Positions 13,735 to 27,141 of a stretch of DNA of 64,000 nucleotides are shown here, piece by piece. The translations under genes were made by a program, and so were the position numbers. The notes under the pieces are model-generated. The model did not search any database. It had not been told where the DNA came from and saw only the letters and a list, made by a program, of their open reading frames with translations. Source of the DNA: Eledone cirrhosa (Eukaryota); assembly GCA_964016885.1 (NCBI GenBank), contig OZ024754.1:28706001-28770000 (forward strand), written 5' to 3'. How positions within the stretch are numbered: the stretch's first letter is position 1; every line of letters begins with the position of its first letter.

Positions 13735-14399
13735 GATGGTGATCAGGCAGATCTTGTATTCTTAAGCACATAAATTAATAATCCAGTAGGAGAAATAATC
13801 CAGATGAATTCATATATATTTTCTATGATCTTGTTGTTTCTTCTTGTATTTTCTGTGTGAGTGTTTTATTTTTCATATATTCAAATGTACATTAAGTGGG
13901 TTATCCAAACAGTTAACCAGTAGTATTTTCAAAGCAGCATTCTCCAGAAGTATCTTATTTCAATCTCAAAAATGCTAATTTTCATTATAATCTGTTTCTT
14001 TTTTAAAATTCCTATATTTAAAGGGCCAGTGTGTGCATTATCCAACTGGTTTTTTGTAGTATTTTTCGAGTAGTATTCAACAGAAAAAATTTAAAAAATT
14101 TTGTTTGAATATTAAATATGTAAAATATTCAAAACCACTTTAGATTTTATCAATGATTAATTGGTATTTGATAAGTAGTACTCCTTAATGATCTTTAAGT
14201 GGTACTCTTTTTAACTTCTGATGTTCCATTTCAATAAGCAGATTGGTGATTGTAAAAATAGCCTTTCCGTTGATGCTTCAGTGTTCATTTGATTGGTTTA
14301 ATCATGGCCATCACTGCTGATTCTGTGGATTTCAGCTTGAGGATAAAGGTTTGGACAAAACCACTAAACTGGCCATATTACAGCTCATAAAATTTCTGT

Positions 14400-14426
14400 C
14401 TGGTAAAAAGAAAAAAAAAGAAAAAC
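14400..14426 (-). other. 3' splice acceptor opening the GPCR coding exon (exon start about 14399)
   Basis: Minus strand reads ttttt cttttttttt cttttt accag|acagaaatt. Repeat-free sequence on the exon side, (CA)n repeats on the intron side. Confidence 0.65.
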
Positions 14427-16282
14427 TAGAATACATTGATTGAAAAAAAAATGAAAGTAAAAGGAAAACACTCACACAGACACACACACACATACAGACT
14501 CAGATACATACAGACAAGCACACACACACACTGCCACACACACACACACTGCCACACACACACACATATGCTGACACACGGACACATGCAAACACACAAC
14601 AGACACACACATGCAGACTCACAGTTACTAACACACATACTGACACACACACAGACACATGCACACACATGCACACTGACATTCATACTGACACACAGAC
14701 ACTGACTCATGCACACACTCACAAACATACACAGACACTTACACTCACAAACTGACACAGATGCTCACACACACAAACTGACACAGATGTACACACACAT
14801 ACACACTCACCAATAGTTATGTATACAGAGGAAACAAAACACAGATTGTTTATGATAACCTTATATATAAATTATGCATTTTTACACACAGAAAATGTGA
14901 TAAAATCATGTGGGGTAATTAAACGTCGCAACTTGTGTGTGTATGTGTATGCGTTTGAGTGAGTATTTGAGTGTGTGCATGTGTGCAGTTGAGTGTGTGA
15001 GCATATATGTGTGACTGAGGGTGTATGTGTGGTTGAGTGTGTGTGCATTTGTGTATGTGTGTGTGTTTGAGTGACTGAGTGTGTGAGTGACTCAGTATGT
15101 GCGTATGTGATAATCATTTTATGTCTGAAGATGTGTGAAATGCTGAAATACACACACACACATATATATCATTGTCATCATCATCATTGTTTGATGTCCA
15201 TTTTCAATGCTAGCATGGCTTAGACGAGCCGTCCTGTTGTGAGACAAGCCAGAAGTGATTTTGGCTTTGTTTCTATGGCTGGATGTCCTTGACACCAACC
15301 ACATTTACAGTGTGTACTGGGTGCTTTTTGTTGTGACACCTACACACCCACCTTACAGTTTATATACAACCACTTTACAGTATATATATATATATATTTA
15401 TATACACACATACATATATATATTCATAATATACATATTTATATGGACTTACAACCTAACAGTTCCTTCTAGCACTGATGGTGATTATCGCTAAATATTG
15501 ATATTGATTTGTTATTAATATTATTGGGCACCCACTGAAGATTTTTAAGAGCCCACTTGAATAAGAATCCATTGATCTTACACACGTTTTCTACATAACT
15601 TGGTATAATTTCACCCACATGTAGAAATCTTATAATGAAACGATTTGTTTGGGAAATGAGATCTTTAATATAAAATAATACAGCCAATTATCCACACAAT
15701 GCAATATAGTTAGCACCCCAAAAGTTTAATTGGGAATATATTTCCTAATGTTTGTTGAGTGAGTTGGAAATTGGTCAGAGTATCGCTATTAGCTTTTTCC
15801 GTTTATGTATTTATATATATAGATATATTATTAAACAGAATACTGATATTTTCTTGTATGCTGTTCAATCATTTTCATTTTGTTTTCTTTTTAATTAATA
15901 GCTCTTAATTTCTCATCAATACATAATCAATATGTATTACCTGTCTCAATGTTTTAATACTAAAAGCAATTACAATCAATAAAGCATTAAATTAATGAAT
16001 ACAAAACTTATTTTTTACTTTCATGCAATGTTTTAATTATACATTTGTTCTCTTTTTGGGGTTTTGATTTTATGTTCTTTTTCTCTCCTGCAATAGTTCA
16101 GGATTTTTGTATAACATTAAGACGATAATTATGTCAAAATCTGTTAATGATTTTTGTTGTTATTTTCTGATGATGGATATCAGTTCATAAAATAATGAAT
16201 TTTATTGCTAAATTTGAAGATAGAGCTTAAGGCAAATATCTAAATCTTATTCCATTTCAAGAAGCTATTTCTTATTCTGAAT

Positions 16283-16950
16283 ATGTGTGTATGTTATATT
16301 ATTGGGATATCTCTACATGTGTGTATGTTACGTCACTGCGATATCTCTACATGTGTGTATGTTATATCACTGAGATATCTCTACATGTGTGTATGTTACA
16401 TCACTGGGATATATCTACATGTGTGTATGTTACATCACTGGGATATATCTACATGTGTGTATGTTACGTCACTGCGATATCTCTACATGTGTGTGTGTTA
16501 AATCACTGGGATATCTCTACACATGTGTGTATGTTAAATCATTGTGATACATCTACATGTGTGTATGTTATATCACTGCGATATCTCTACATGTGTGTGT
16601 GTTAAATCACTGGGATATCTCTACACATGTGTGTATGTTAAATCATTGTGATATATCTACATGTGTGTATGTTAAATCACTGGGATATCTCTACACATGT
16701 GTGTATGTTACATCACTGGGATATCTTTACATATGTGTGTGTGTGTGTGTTACATCATTGGGATATGTCTACATATGGGTGTGTGTATGTTATATTATTG
16801 GGATATCTCTACACGTATTTGTTACATCACTGTGATATCTCTACATGTGTGTATGTTACAGCACTGTGATATCTCTACATGTGTGTATGTTACATCACTG
16901 TGATATCTCTACATGTGTATGTTATATCACTTCGATATCTCTACATGTGT
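16283..16950. repeat. 34-36 bp minisatellite, about 19 units
   Basis: Unit ATGTGTGTATGTTACATCACTGGGATATCTCTAC. Period 34 (16311 to 16345). Confidence 0.95.
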
Positions 16951-18094
16951 GTTTCTGTCATACCTCTGTGGCATAAACTTGCTGACTCATCTAAGAAATA
17001 GAGATGTTAATAAAGTGGATATTTTGCTCCATTTAACCATTATCCAAAGCAATCGCTAGTTCATTTGTAATGTAGTAAAATGTTTTTGAATGGTATTAAA
17101 TTTGTTATAAAATCTCTCCAAATTCTTTCTTATTTTGGTAATAATTAAAAATGTAGAGGTTGTGTATCATCGTCATCAACATTTAACATCCACTTTCCCT
17201 GCTAGCAAGGATTGGATGGGTCTATAGTCAGTACTGAAGCAGGGCTACTGGCCTTCTCCCTGCTAGCAAGGGTTAGACAGGTCTAAACAGATGACGTCAG
17301 TACTGAAGCAGGGGAAGCTATTGACCTTCCAGACAAGCCGAGGGGATCTCTGTCCTGCTTATGTACGATCATATTGAGTGCAGAGAGAAGTTGTCATGTT
17401 TATTGACACAAATTTAAGGGTTCTAAATATCTGGTGAAGAAACTAAATATGAACTAGACAACAGACAGGACCACACAAGTACCGATGTACAAACTTATTT
17501 AATGTTTGTCACATTAGTGAAGTGAATCATGCATTTAAATCTTTCTTGAAACTATGCTGATTATCAAACATCTGGTATTTTAGTATTTTATTTAGAGACA
17601 GCTGTGTCATCTGTCTGATTAATACTTCAGAAATTGAGTGGTTTTCTAATTCAGCAAGCCAGTTTATGGTCCAGGAAAGAAAATTAAATAAATCATCAAT
17701 GTTAAATCTATAAATTGAAAGCTGTAAGAAATTATATGTTATTCTGCGAATTATGTGATTTAACTGAGTTAAGCTTGTTCCAAATACACAGCTTTGCAAA
17801 ATTTTGAATTATATTTACAGTAAACTCTGTAAAGTATCTGATAGCAAAACTAGAACATAAGCATATTACTAGGGTGCTGCTGCACCCTCAAAAATTTGTC
17901 AGAAAATTTAGTAATTTTTGTACCCACCAAAATGATAGCAACAATATGCTTACAAACATAAGTAACCATGTGAAAACCAGAACAAAAATAAGTGAAATAC
18001 CCCAAACAGTGAGAGGACAGTAACTTCGATTAAGTACTGGCTTGGACTGTGATGATATCTCCAATCCATGCCAGTATGGAAAAACAAACATTAA

Positions 18095-18129
18095 ATGATG
18101 ATGATGCTGAGAAGAATGAGGATACTGCT

Positions 18130-18160
<31 letters not shown>

Positions 18161-18480
18161 ATGATGATGACGATGATGATTGTGCTGAGGAGTAGGATGA
18201 TAATGATGATGATTATGATTGCTCTGAGGATGATGATAATGATAATGTTGATGATGATGATGATGATGATGATGATAGTGCTGAGGAGGATAAGGATGGA
18301 GATGATTGTGGTGATGATGATGATTGCTGCTGCTGAGTAAGAAAGTCTAAAGAAATTTCTAACTGCTTTGTCATCATCATCATCATCATCATTCTCTTTA
18401 TTCTCATCCTCCTCAGTAGAATTATCATCAACCTAATCATCATCATCATCAACATAATCATCATCATCAACATTATCATG
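18095..18480. repeat. (GAT)n tract followed by an inverted (CAT)n tract
   Basis: GAT-rich 18095-18335, CAT-rich 18370-18480. Confidence 0.85.
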
Positions 18481-18790
18481 CTTGTATATTACAGCAGAAC
18501 TGTTAACAACCAACACCAATGTTCACGACTAACTGTATATATTTCCATGTTTCATGTTTATTGATGCAACACTACCTAATTAGTATACATTGTTATTATT
18601 TTATACAGTGGCTAGTCTTAACTAGTATAATTAGTTTTCTTAGTTCTCATATTTAATAATGATTTAATTGGAAATAATTATGTGTTGAGTAATGAAGAAA
18701 CAATCAAATGAATAATTATAAACCTTTTGAGACGAAACCATCTGTAATGACCCCTGGTTGTATCATACATGACTGTTTTAAAATGTGTGT

Positions 18791-19160
18791 GAAGGTGCGT
18801 GGCTTTGTGGTTAGGGTATTCGACTGACGATCGTAAGATCATTCCCAGACTGGGCAATGTGTTCGATTCCCAGACTGGGCAGAGTTCGATTCCCAGACTG
18901 GGCAATGTGTTGTGTCCTTGAGCAAGACACTTTATTTCATATTGCTCCAATTCACTCAGCTGGCAGAAATGAGTTGTACTTGTAATTCGAAAGGACCGGC
19001 CTTGTCACATTCTGTGTCATGCTGAATCTCTTTGAGAACTACATTAAGGGTACGCTTGTTTGTGGAATGCTCAGCCACTTGCACGTTAATTTCACAAGCA
19101 GACTTCCGTCAATCAGATCAACTGGAACACTCATTGTCATAATTGATGGAAAAGTACAAC
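18791..19160 (+). mobile_element. SINE family A, near full length, with internal triplication at the B-box
   Basis: A-box TGGCTTTGTGG. ATTCCCAGACTGGGCA occurs three times in 18841-18904. Body TGTGTCCTTGAGCAAGACACTTTATTTC. Confidence 0.8.
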
Positions 19161-19184
19161 ATATGCCCTCTTCTTGGTGTGACA

Positions 19185-20410
19185 ATTACAAAAGAGGTTC
19201 TTAGAGAAGAATAAGCCACTATACTTAGCTTTTGTCAACCTAGAGAAGGCTTTGATAGGGTACCCTGATCTGTCATCTGGTAGTCCCTAAGGAAACTACG
19301 TGTTGAGGAATGGCTTGTGAGGACAGTGCAAACTTTGTACAGAGGTGCTGTCAGTAAAGTGAGGGTAGGAATGGAGTTTAGTGAGGAATTCCAGATATAA
19401 GTAGGAGTACAAGCCATAACAGAGGAGTTTAAGACTGGCTGTCCATGGGAACTTCTCTATGCTGACAATCTGGTTCTTATAGCAGAATCAGTAGAGGAGC
19501 TAGAGAATAAATTCTGGCTATGGAAACAGCAGTTGGAATCAAGAGGACTGAGAGTGAACCTAGCTAAGACAAAAGTGTTGATGAGTAGAAAAGAGGACAA
19601 AACTCTGATTCTGTCAGGGAAATGGCCATGTTCGATATGCAGAGAAGGAACTGGCATAAATTCTATAAAATGCACACAATGCAGATCTTGGGTACACAAG
19701 AGATGTAGTGGGATAGCAGGTAAACTAACAGGTAGGGAGAAATATGTATGCAGTAGATGTACAGGGAAATTAGACAGTAGAAGTCGCATTGATAGACACA
19801 TTTTTCCAATGCAGGTGGGTGCTATAGAAGTGGTGGATAGCTTCCGGTAACTAAGAGATAAGATTAGCATGGGAGAGGGGTGTTCCGAGGCCATAGTATC
19901 TAAAATAAGGACGGGTTGGAAGAAGTTTAGGGAGCTGCTTCCTCTGCTGACGAAGAAGGGTTTCTCCCTGCATACGAAAGGCCGGTTATATGATGCCTGT
20001 GTGATGAGCACGATGCTGCATGGTAGTGAGACATGGGCAGCAACTGCGGAAGATATGCCATGGCTGGAGAGAAATGAGGCAAGCATGCTCCGTTGGATTG
20101 CAAGGTCAATGTGCGTGAATGACCGAGCATGGATGTGTTGAGAGAGAAACTGTGTCTGAGAAGGATAGAATGTAGTGTGCAAGAGAGGAGACTGCGATGG
20201 TATGGACATGTGATGCGCATGGAGGATGACCGATGGGTGAAGAAGTGCCAGGAAATGCCAGTTGAAGGAAGACGTGGTAGAGGTAGACCACAAAAAACAT
20301 GGGCAATGGAGATGACGAAGGACCGTGACAAGTGGAGAGATGCTGTGCTGAATAGGACCCGTCCCACCCTTGCAAGCAGGGAAAAGTGGACGTAAAATGA
20401 TGATGATGAT
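19185..20410 (+). mobile_element. 5'-truncated, degenerate RTE-clade LINE (RT with internal PHD finger, C-terminal region, (ATG)n tail)
   Basis: Motifs AFVNLEKAFDRVP (across a frameshift), WELLYADNLVL, GLRVNLAKTKV, KGRLYDACV...MLHGSETW, RRLRWYGHVMRM, RGRGRPQKTW. Multiple stops and frameshifts. Confidence 0.93.
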
Positions 20411-21964
20411 ATATATATATATCATCAGATATATATATATGAGGGAGAGGGCGTGTTTGCATATATGTGAAATATGTTTGTATAGGTACGTTAATCTCAA
20501 ACTCTCTATCCTTTTGTTACCTAGGTAATATATGTTTGATTGTTTGGGTAAATAGCACATTTTTTTTTAGTTGCTTTATCCCTCCCCTCCTCACACTTCA
20601 CACACACATACACATTTATCTCATTTTCATTCTGCACATGAAGGAATAATGGTAAACTTGCTTGATTTTAACATACTAGCATCTGGAAATGTTGATGTGA
20701 ACTTCCAGATGATAGATAAGGAAGTTCTTTTTGTACTTCTTAATTACCAACATGACTGGTAATATAATCTTTCATTGGAACTAACATTTCTTGGGAGGAG
20801 ATGCCTCAGTATTCTGTACATCATTTGATTTCCAACCCTTCACCCATGGCTCTTTTTTCTATCTCACTTGTCTACACCTGTCCTGCCCAGCCAACAAGAG
20901 ATGGATTTTATATACCTGTGATGCAATGATATACAACTTTCTTCAGAAGGCACGCCTCAAAAATTCCTGAAGGAAATTTCATTGGAGAACTAAATATAAA
21001 TATTCTTCTAACTCTTTTGATACCAACTTGATGAAAAAGTGCTCTGGTTTCACAAAACAATTCCACCCATTTTAAAGGGCTCATATTTAGATTTATATCT
21101 TTCAACATAATTTTATATTAGACCCATATATTAAGTTACTATCTTAGTAATGAATCCATTGATAATTTTAGTTAATCCCTCGAAATTCTTCACTAATCAA
21201 TTGAAATAGAATGTATTCCTTTCGAAATATTGTCACAGAAGGGTTAATTGCACCTGGCCTAGTGGTTAGTATGTTAAGCTCAGGATCAAAATGTAATGGG
21301 TCAAATTCTCAGAGTGGGTGATGCATTGTGTCCTTGAGTGAACCATTTCATTTCTCATTGTTCCTGTTCACTCAGATTAAAATGAGTACCAGGAGTAAGT
21401 GGGGATTAGGTCTGACAGATTGGCACCCTTTAAATTGTTTAATGTCACATAGAGCCAAGATAATCTCCAAGCTTCATCCAAACCATGGAAGCATGGGAAA
21501 AATGTACATAAATTGTAACTCATAAATTGTAACTCATAAATTGTAACTCATACAGTACAATAAGAATATCACACTCACTGTGGACCATGAAAATGTTGGT
21601 ACAGACCATATTGTGCATCACTGTTCTATGGGGGTTGCTGGGCCTAGAAATATAACAGCCTAACCCTAACAAGAGAGACAGGGAAAGAACCCGATCATCA
21701 AATCAGAACAAGGATGAAAAGTTTCCATTGGTCTTTCCATTGCTGAATCAATCTGCTGGCTGTAATTCCTGGCAGAAGTATCACTACTTTCCTGTGGACA
21801 GGAAGTGGGAGTCAAACTCAGAAATTACTGGACCAGAAAAGATTCTACAAAGCATCTTGTCTGATGCCTTAACAATTCAGCCATGCTAATATCCCTTGAC
21901 TTATGGCACTTTATGTGCTGATCTTGAAAGGATGAAAGGCACAGTGGCTCTTAGCAGGATTTGA

Positions 21965-22105
21965 ACTCAGAATGCTGAGAGCCAGATTAAATACTGAGTC
22001 TCATCTTAGAAGGATTTATACTCAGAATGCTGAGAGCCAGATTAAATACTGAGTCTCATCTTAGAAGGATTTATACTCAGAATGCTGAGAGCCAGATTGA
22101 GTACC
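21965..22105. repeat. 55-bp tandem repeat (about 2.6 copies) derived from a SINE family B fragment
   Basis: ACTCAGAATGCTGAGAGCCAGATT starts at 21965, 22020 and 22075. Confidence 0.85.
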
Positions 22106-23244
22106 GAGGCTCATACCTCTAAAAATGGATATATTTGACAATATGGTTTCTGATCATATATATACTAAAAGTTAATGATGATAACTCTGATCCTGGGTTT
22201 AATGGTTCGGGGATGACCTTGTATTAAACAGCAGCACCTTTCCCCATTGCTCTGCTGATTCATATTGTTTTTATAGCCTGTTATTTTAGTTGATTATTTG
22301 AGAGATACAACTTTTGTTTTGTATATCATTTTATTATTAAATTTACAAATATATGATGGTGATGATGATGATGATGATGATGGGGATAAGGTTTGTGGTG
22401 GTGGCTGTGATATGGAATTTAGGAACAAATCAATTCTGAGAAAAAAAAAATCAAAGTTTGGCAGCTGTAGCAACAACAAACTATAAATCTGAATTTCCTA
22501 CTAGATGAAAGTTTAATATTCAATAGGTGGGGAAAAGTATTTAGGAAAGTTGTTGTGTTCTTTGTTTCCTGGTCTTCAAATATTCCTTTTTTACGTTTAC
22601 ATAACAAATGCCATGCATTCATGTTATTAGATTATGGTGTAGTAGTAGTAGTAGTAGTTGTAGTAGTAGCATTACTACATAAAAAAAGTATATATATATG
22701 TTTGTTTGTTTTTTTATAATTCTTCTTTTCATAGATTGGCAATGAGAAGATCTCATTAGCTTATGGTGTTAGATATCTACAAAGGAAATTATCATATATT
22801 ATTATAGTTTGGCAAGCTAAAACAGCAGCTTTTGTAAGAGAAGGGGTGTTATAGACATTAGAATTAATTACAGTTCCAATACATAGTTAACCAATATTAG
22901 TGGAGTCCATTAACCAAAGGAGGATAGATTAATAACTCTGGAACACAGAATTTAGATTTTATAAACATCTTATACAAACTGTATTAGCTATAATTACATT
23001 GACTTCTATAAATTCTGCAGTAACTAGCAGCTGATTTTCGACTATTTGTATGCAGGGCATTACTAAAAGTTTGCTTAACAACCTTAGCCATATGAAGGAG
23101 TCATATTAGTAGTTTACATGAAGACAAGTGTTAATTTCGTTTACATGAGAAGCATGTTAATGTATGGTAGTACATTGGTAGAGGTGTTAGAGAGTCAGAT
23201 GAAATTCCATGCAGTGTTTCAGTTTGGTTTACATGAGAAGCATG

Positions 23245-23456
23245 TTACCCCTTTATCATTTACATTACTCTACATATACTATTGTATTTTCATGGTAAAG
23301 GCTTTACCTCACATAATTATCTCACATAATATCAAAGCTATGAGATTTTGATATTATTTGTTTTGAGAACAATACCTTAACGTCAGTATGAGCGGCAGGT
23401 TTGAACAGAAAGATAATTCTGGACATATACGGCTAATTTAAACGCTAAAGGGTTAA
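23245..23456 (-). mobile_element. piggyBac-type MITE (family P1), reverse orientation
   Basis: tta-cccctttatcattta ... taaacgctaaaggg-TTAA. An empty paralogous site lies at 23157-23160. Confidence 0.8.
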
Positions 23457-24579
23457 GTCCCTGGTGGTACATTGGTAGAGTTGTTAGAGTGTCAGATGAA
23501 ATGCCATGCAGTGCTTATGTTCTGAGTTCAAATCTTACTGAGGTCATCATTAGTTTACATGGTTAGCTGGCTGTGTAGTATTTTAAATTGCCCCTTTACA
23601 TTTCGAGTTCAGATATCACTGAATTCATCATCGTTATTTTTTTCAATTATTTGAAAATCATAGGCAGTGTTTCATCATTATCATCATCATTGTTTTTGTG
23701 TCCATTTATTTCCATGTTAGAATAGATAAGGAATGATTTAACATGCTTCTTGAAACAACCAGTTAAAAACAAAGGGGTCCATGAAGAAAACCTTATTTAC
23801 AGTTGTTTATGCCCTTTCATTGTCATATTTCTACTGTAAGATTGGATTTAGTAATATAGCTAGCTTTATCATTGTTAAGCTGCTGATTGGAACATGGTAT
23901 AAACACTTTTAAAGTCAGTAGGTTTTTCTTTTTCTTTTTTTAAATAATTAGAAATATTTAAAAACAAACATCTTTGTATCATAGGACAAGGACTGATTTC
24001 AGACAGCTTAGTATTGGAAAGATTAAAGCAACTCTTTGAAATAATTATTCAAAATAAAGGAATGCCTGAAGAAGTGTTATCAAAATAAAGGAATGCCTGA
24101 AGAATGCCTGAAGAAGTTACATTTCTTTAAAGTAATTTTTTAACCTAACAATTCAAAAAGCTAAGACAATGATAGGAACCAATTACAAACAAAGAATCTT
24201 GAAGAATTCAAAATTTAAATCTACCAATTCTATTGGAGTAATACAAACAAACAAAGAAATGCCCTACAGACTGTGATAAATATAGATAAAAAAATAACAA
24301 GGAATTGTTTGCTTGAAATGACTAAAAATACCTGTTTTAACTTATATTTATATATTATTGTTTTAGTTCTTATTCTTAGTTTATTTTCTTAAGTGGTATC
24401 AGTAATGTTACCTGTAAAATAGTTTGGCTTCTTTAGCAGTGTTTATGGTTCTTGCTACTATTTAAGGCCTACTCTGAGTGATCTCTAAGAAATGGTTAGC
24501 TGCTCTAAATATAGCACTTGTTTGAAATTCACTAAAAACTTGTATTTTATTTTTTTCTCTTTCTTTGTGTGTGTGTGTA

Positions 24580-24647
<68 letters not shown>

Positions 24648-24782
24648 GTAATCTAAGTTTTTCGAATATGAATAATAATATTCGATTCGTCTGCAATTAT
24701 GCAAACAGCCTCTTTTTAATTTATTTATTATATATATATATACATATATATGTATGTATATGTGTGTGTATGTATGTGTGTA

Positions 24783-24820
<38 letters not shown>

Positions 24821-25812
24821 TGTGTGTATGTATGTGTGTGTGTGTATGTATGTATTTGTGTGTGTGTGTGATGTCTGGTGCTTCCTCTCACAGTGCTATG
24901 TCCCTTCTCCCATCAGTCCTCCCCCAGTGTCTGTACTATAATAAAATGATCCCAGTACATGCTGTAAAGTGGTTGATGTTAGGAATGGCATCCAGCCATA
25001 AAAACCAAGCCAAATGTGGTTCATATGAACAACAGATGGTCGCCTGACCAGTGTAGCTCCTGTACATGACAATCAGCATAGAAAATAGACATGAAACAAT
25101 GATGATGATGATATATTTCTCCTTTTTAAGGATTTACTGTTTCATCATCATCTCCTAATATATAGCAATAAAGATAAAAATGAAGAAATGTTTTAATCAA
25201 GTATTTCTCAACTATTATCTAATTATCATCATCACCAACATTTAAGGTCCATTTTCTACACTAGCATGGGTGAGATGAGTTGTCCCATTGTTAGGCAAGT
25301 CAGATCAGGTGACCATGTCTTGCTCATACAGAACTGTTTCTGGCTTGATTTCTATGACTGGATGGATTTTCTAACACAAACCACATTTACAGTATGGATT
25401 GGGTGCTTTTTTTTTATATCATAATAATCTAATGTAAACACTATTTATCTTTCTGACTATTTTTTTACTGTTCATTCTTATTCTTTTTGATTTAGTGGGG
25501 TTTTATTGGTTTGTAATTATTTTCACTGATAACACCATTGCAGACATTTTGATTGATAAGGAAGATAATTTCACTGAAAATTTTTGTGGATTTTTGTTGA
25601 TGATTTTTAAGTCAGAAATTTCCTTCTTTGCATATTCTTCACATTTTTTTTTCTCTCAAAGCAATTTTCCAGTAGAATGTGTCATCAAGTTCATTCTAAA
25701 TATCAGTTAGAGATAATTCTACAAGTTTATGTAATTGGATACTTTATATCAATATAACATGGGTAACTCTTTAGATACCAACTGAACAGGAATTGATTCT
25801 GGTTTTATAATG

Positions 25813-25992
25813 AAGTGCCAAGAAATGCCAGTGGGAGGAAGCTGTAGTAGGGGTAGACTAAGAAAGACCTGGGCAGAGGTGGTGAGAGCTGACCTGAAAT
25901 CACTGAGACTCACTGAGGAGCTGATGAAGAAATGCCACGGGTAGAAAGATGCTGTGCTTAGAAAAACAGATGTAAAAGCGATGAAGATGATG
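25813..25992 (+). mobile_element. Short 3' fragment of the RTE LINE
   Basis: Homologous to 20242-20410 (KCQEMPVGG..RGRLRKTWAEVVRADL..). Ends gatgaagatgatg. Confidence 0.8.
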
Positions 25993-26157
25993 TTTATATT
26001 TATCTAAAACAATCCATCATAATTAAACAAGTATGTTTGGAACACAGCAAACAAAGTTTGGAATAGAAATAGAAGCTTTGCTGTAACATTTTGAGTAAAT
26101 GATATAGTCTAATTATGATACCAATCTTCTTCCATTCAGTGGGTTTGTATGTCCCAT

Positions 26158-27141
26158 TTCATCCTTACGGGGGTCGATAAAATAAAGTACCAGTAATGCA
26201 CTGGGTAATTGCTGGCCTTGTGCCAAAAGTAGAAACAATTATTAGACTATTTAGATAAAATGTTACAGTGAGGCTTTTCTTTCTATTGCTACCATAATTG
26301 TATATTGTTAAGTTATGTTCCAAACACCAACTTAATAATTGTTTCTAGATTAGACACAAAGCCAGCAATTTTGTGGGACAGGAAAGTCAATTAAATTGAC
26401 CCAGTATCTGACTTTATTTTATTGTTCCCAAAAGGATGAAAAGCAAAGTTGACCTAGTCGGATTTGAACTCAGAAGACAGAAAGCCAGAAGAAATATGCA
26501 AAGCATTTTGTCTGATTGTCTAACTATATTGTCTTTTGTCATCTTAACCCTTTAATGTTCAAACCGGCCAAAATTGGCCAGAATTCTCTACCTTTTTCTG
26601 TTAGAACTGGCTGTAACTGGTCACTCAAACTGATGTTAAGGTATTATTCTCAAAATAAATACTTTCAAAATCTCATAGATTCGATATTATGTGAGATACT
26701 TATGTGAGGTAAAGCCTTTACCATCAAAATATAATAGTATATATAGAGTAATGCGAATGTTAAAGGGTTAAACACCAACTTGATAATAAGAAAGTTAGTT
26801 ATATCACTAAACCCCTCTGAATTACGGGGTAGATAAAATAAAGTACCAGTAATGCACTGGGTAATTGCTGGCCTTGTGCCTAAAGTAGAAACAATTATGA
26901 TTTTATATAAAAACGTATTATATATTCCAAACACCTGTTTAACCCAACTAGCCATATCCGGCCAGAATTATCTCACCTCTTTCTGTTCAAACTGGCCATT
27001 CACATTGATGTTAAAGTATTGTTCTCAAAATAAATATCACAATCTCATAGATTCGATGTTATGTGAGATATTATATGAAATAAAGCCTTTACCATGAAAA
27101 TACTGTAGTAAATATAGGGTAATGTAAATGCTAAAGGGTCA
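26158..27141. mobile_element. Dense TE cluster: SINE-B 3' ends (26158-26243, 26822-26898), older SINE-B (26340-26530), P1 MITEs (26544-26771, 26939-27141)
   Basis: Direct similarity to other copies in the window. TTAA/CCCTTT termini. Confidence 0.8.

Noticed and set aside
12779-13765. Plus-strand ORFs overlapping the GPCR
   Set aside because: Antisense shadows with no independent motifs.
15750-16200. Partial hammerhead-like words (GGAAATTGGTC at about 15766, CTGATGA at about 16167)
   Set aside because: Wrong order and spacing, and no stem II could be formed.
16283-16950. CRISPR-like regular repeats (also 12025, 39696, 49220)
   Set aside because: Units are contiguous with no unique spacers, there are no cas genes, and the context is eukaryotic.
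19457-20560. 367-aa minus-strand ORF
   Set aside because: Antisense shadow of the RTE LINE coding sequence.
17527-21130. Complex non-repeat stretches (about 17540-17900, 20640-21130) possibly from DNA transposases or host exons
   Set aside because: No recognisable motif or consistent splice and phase pattern found by eye.
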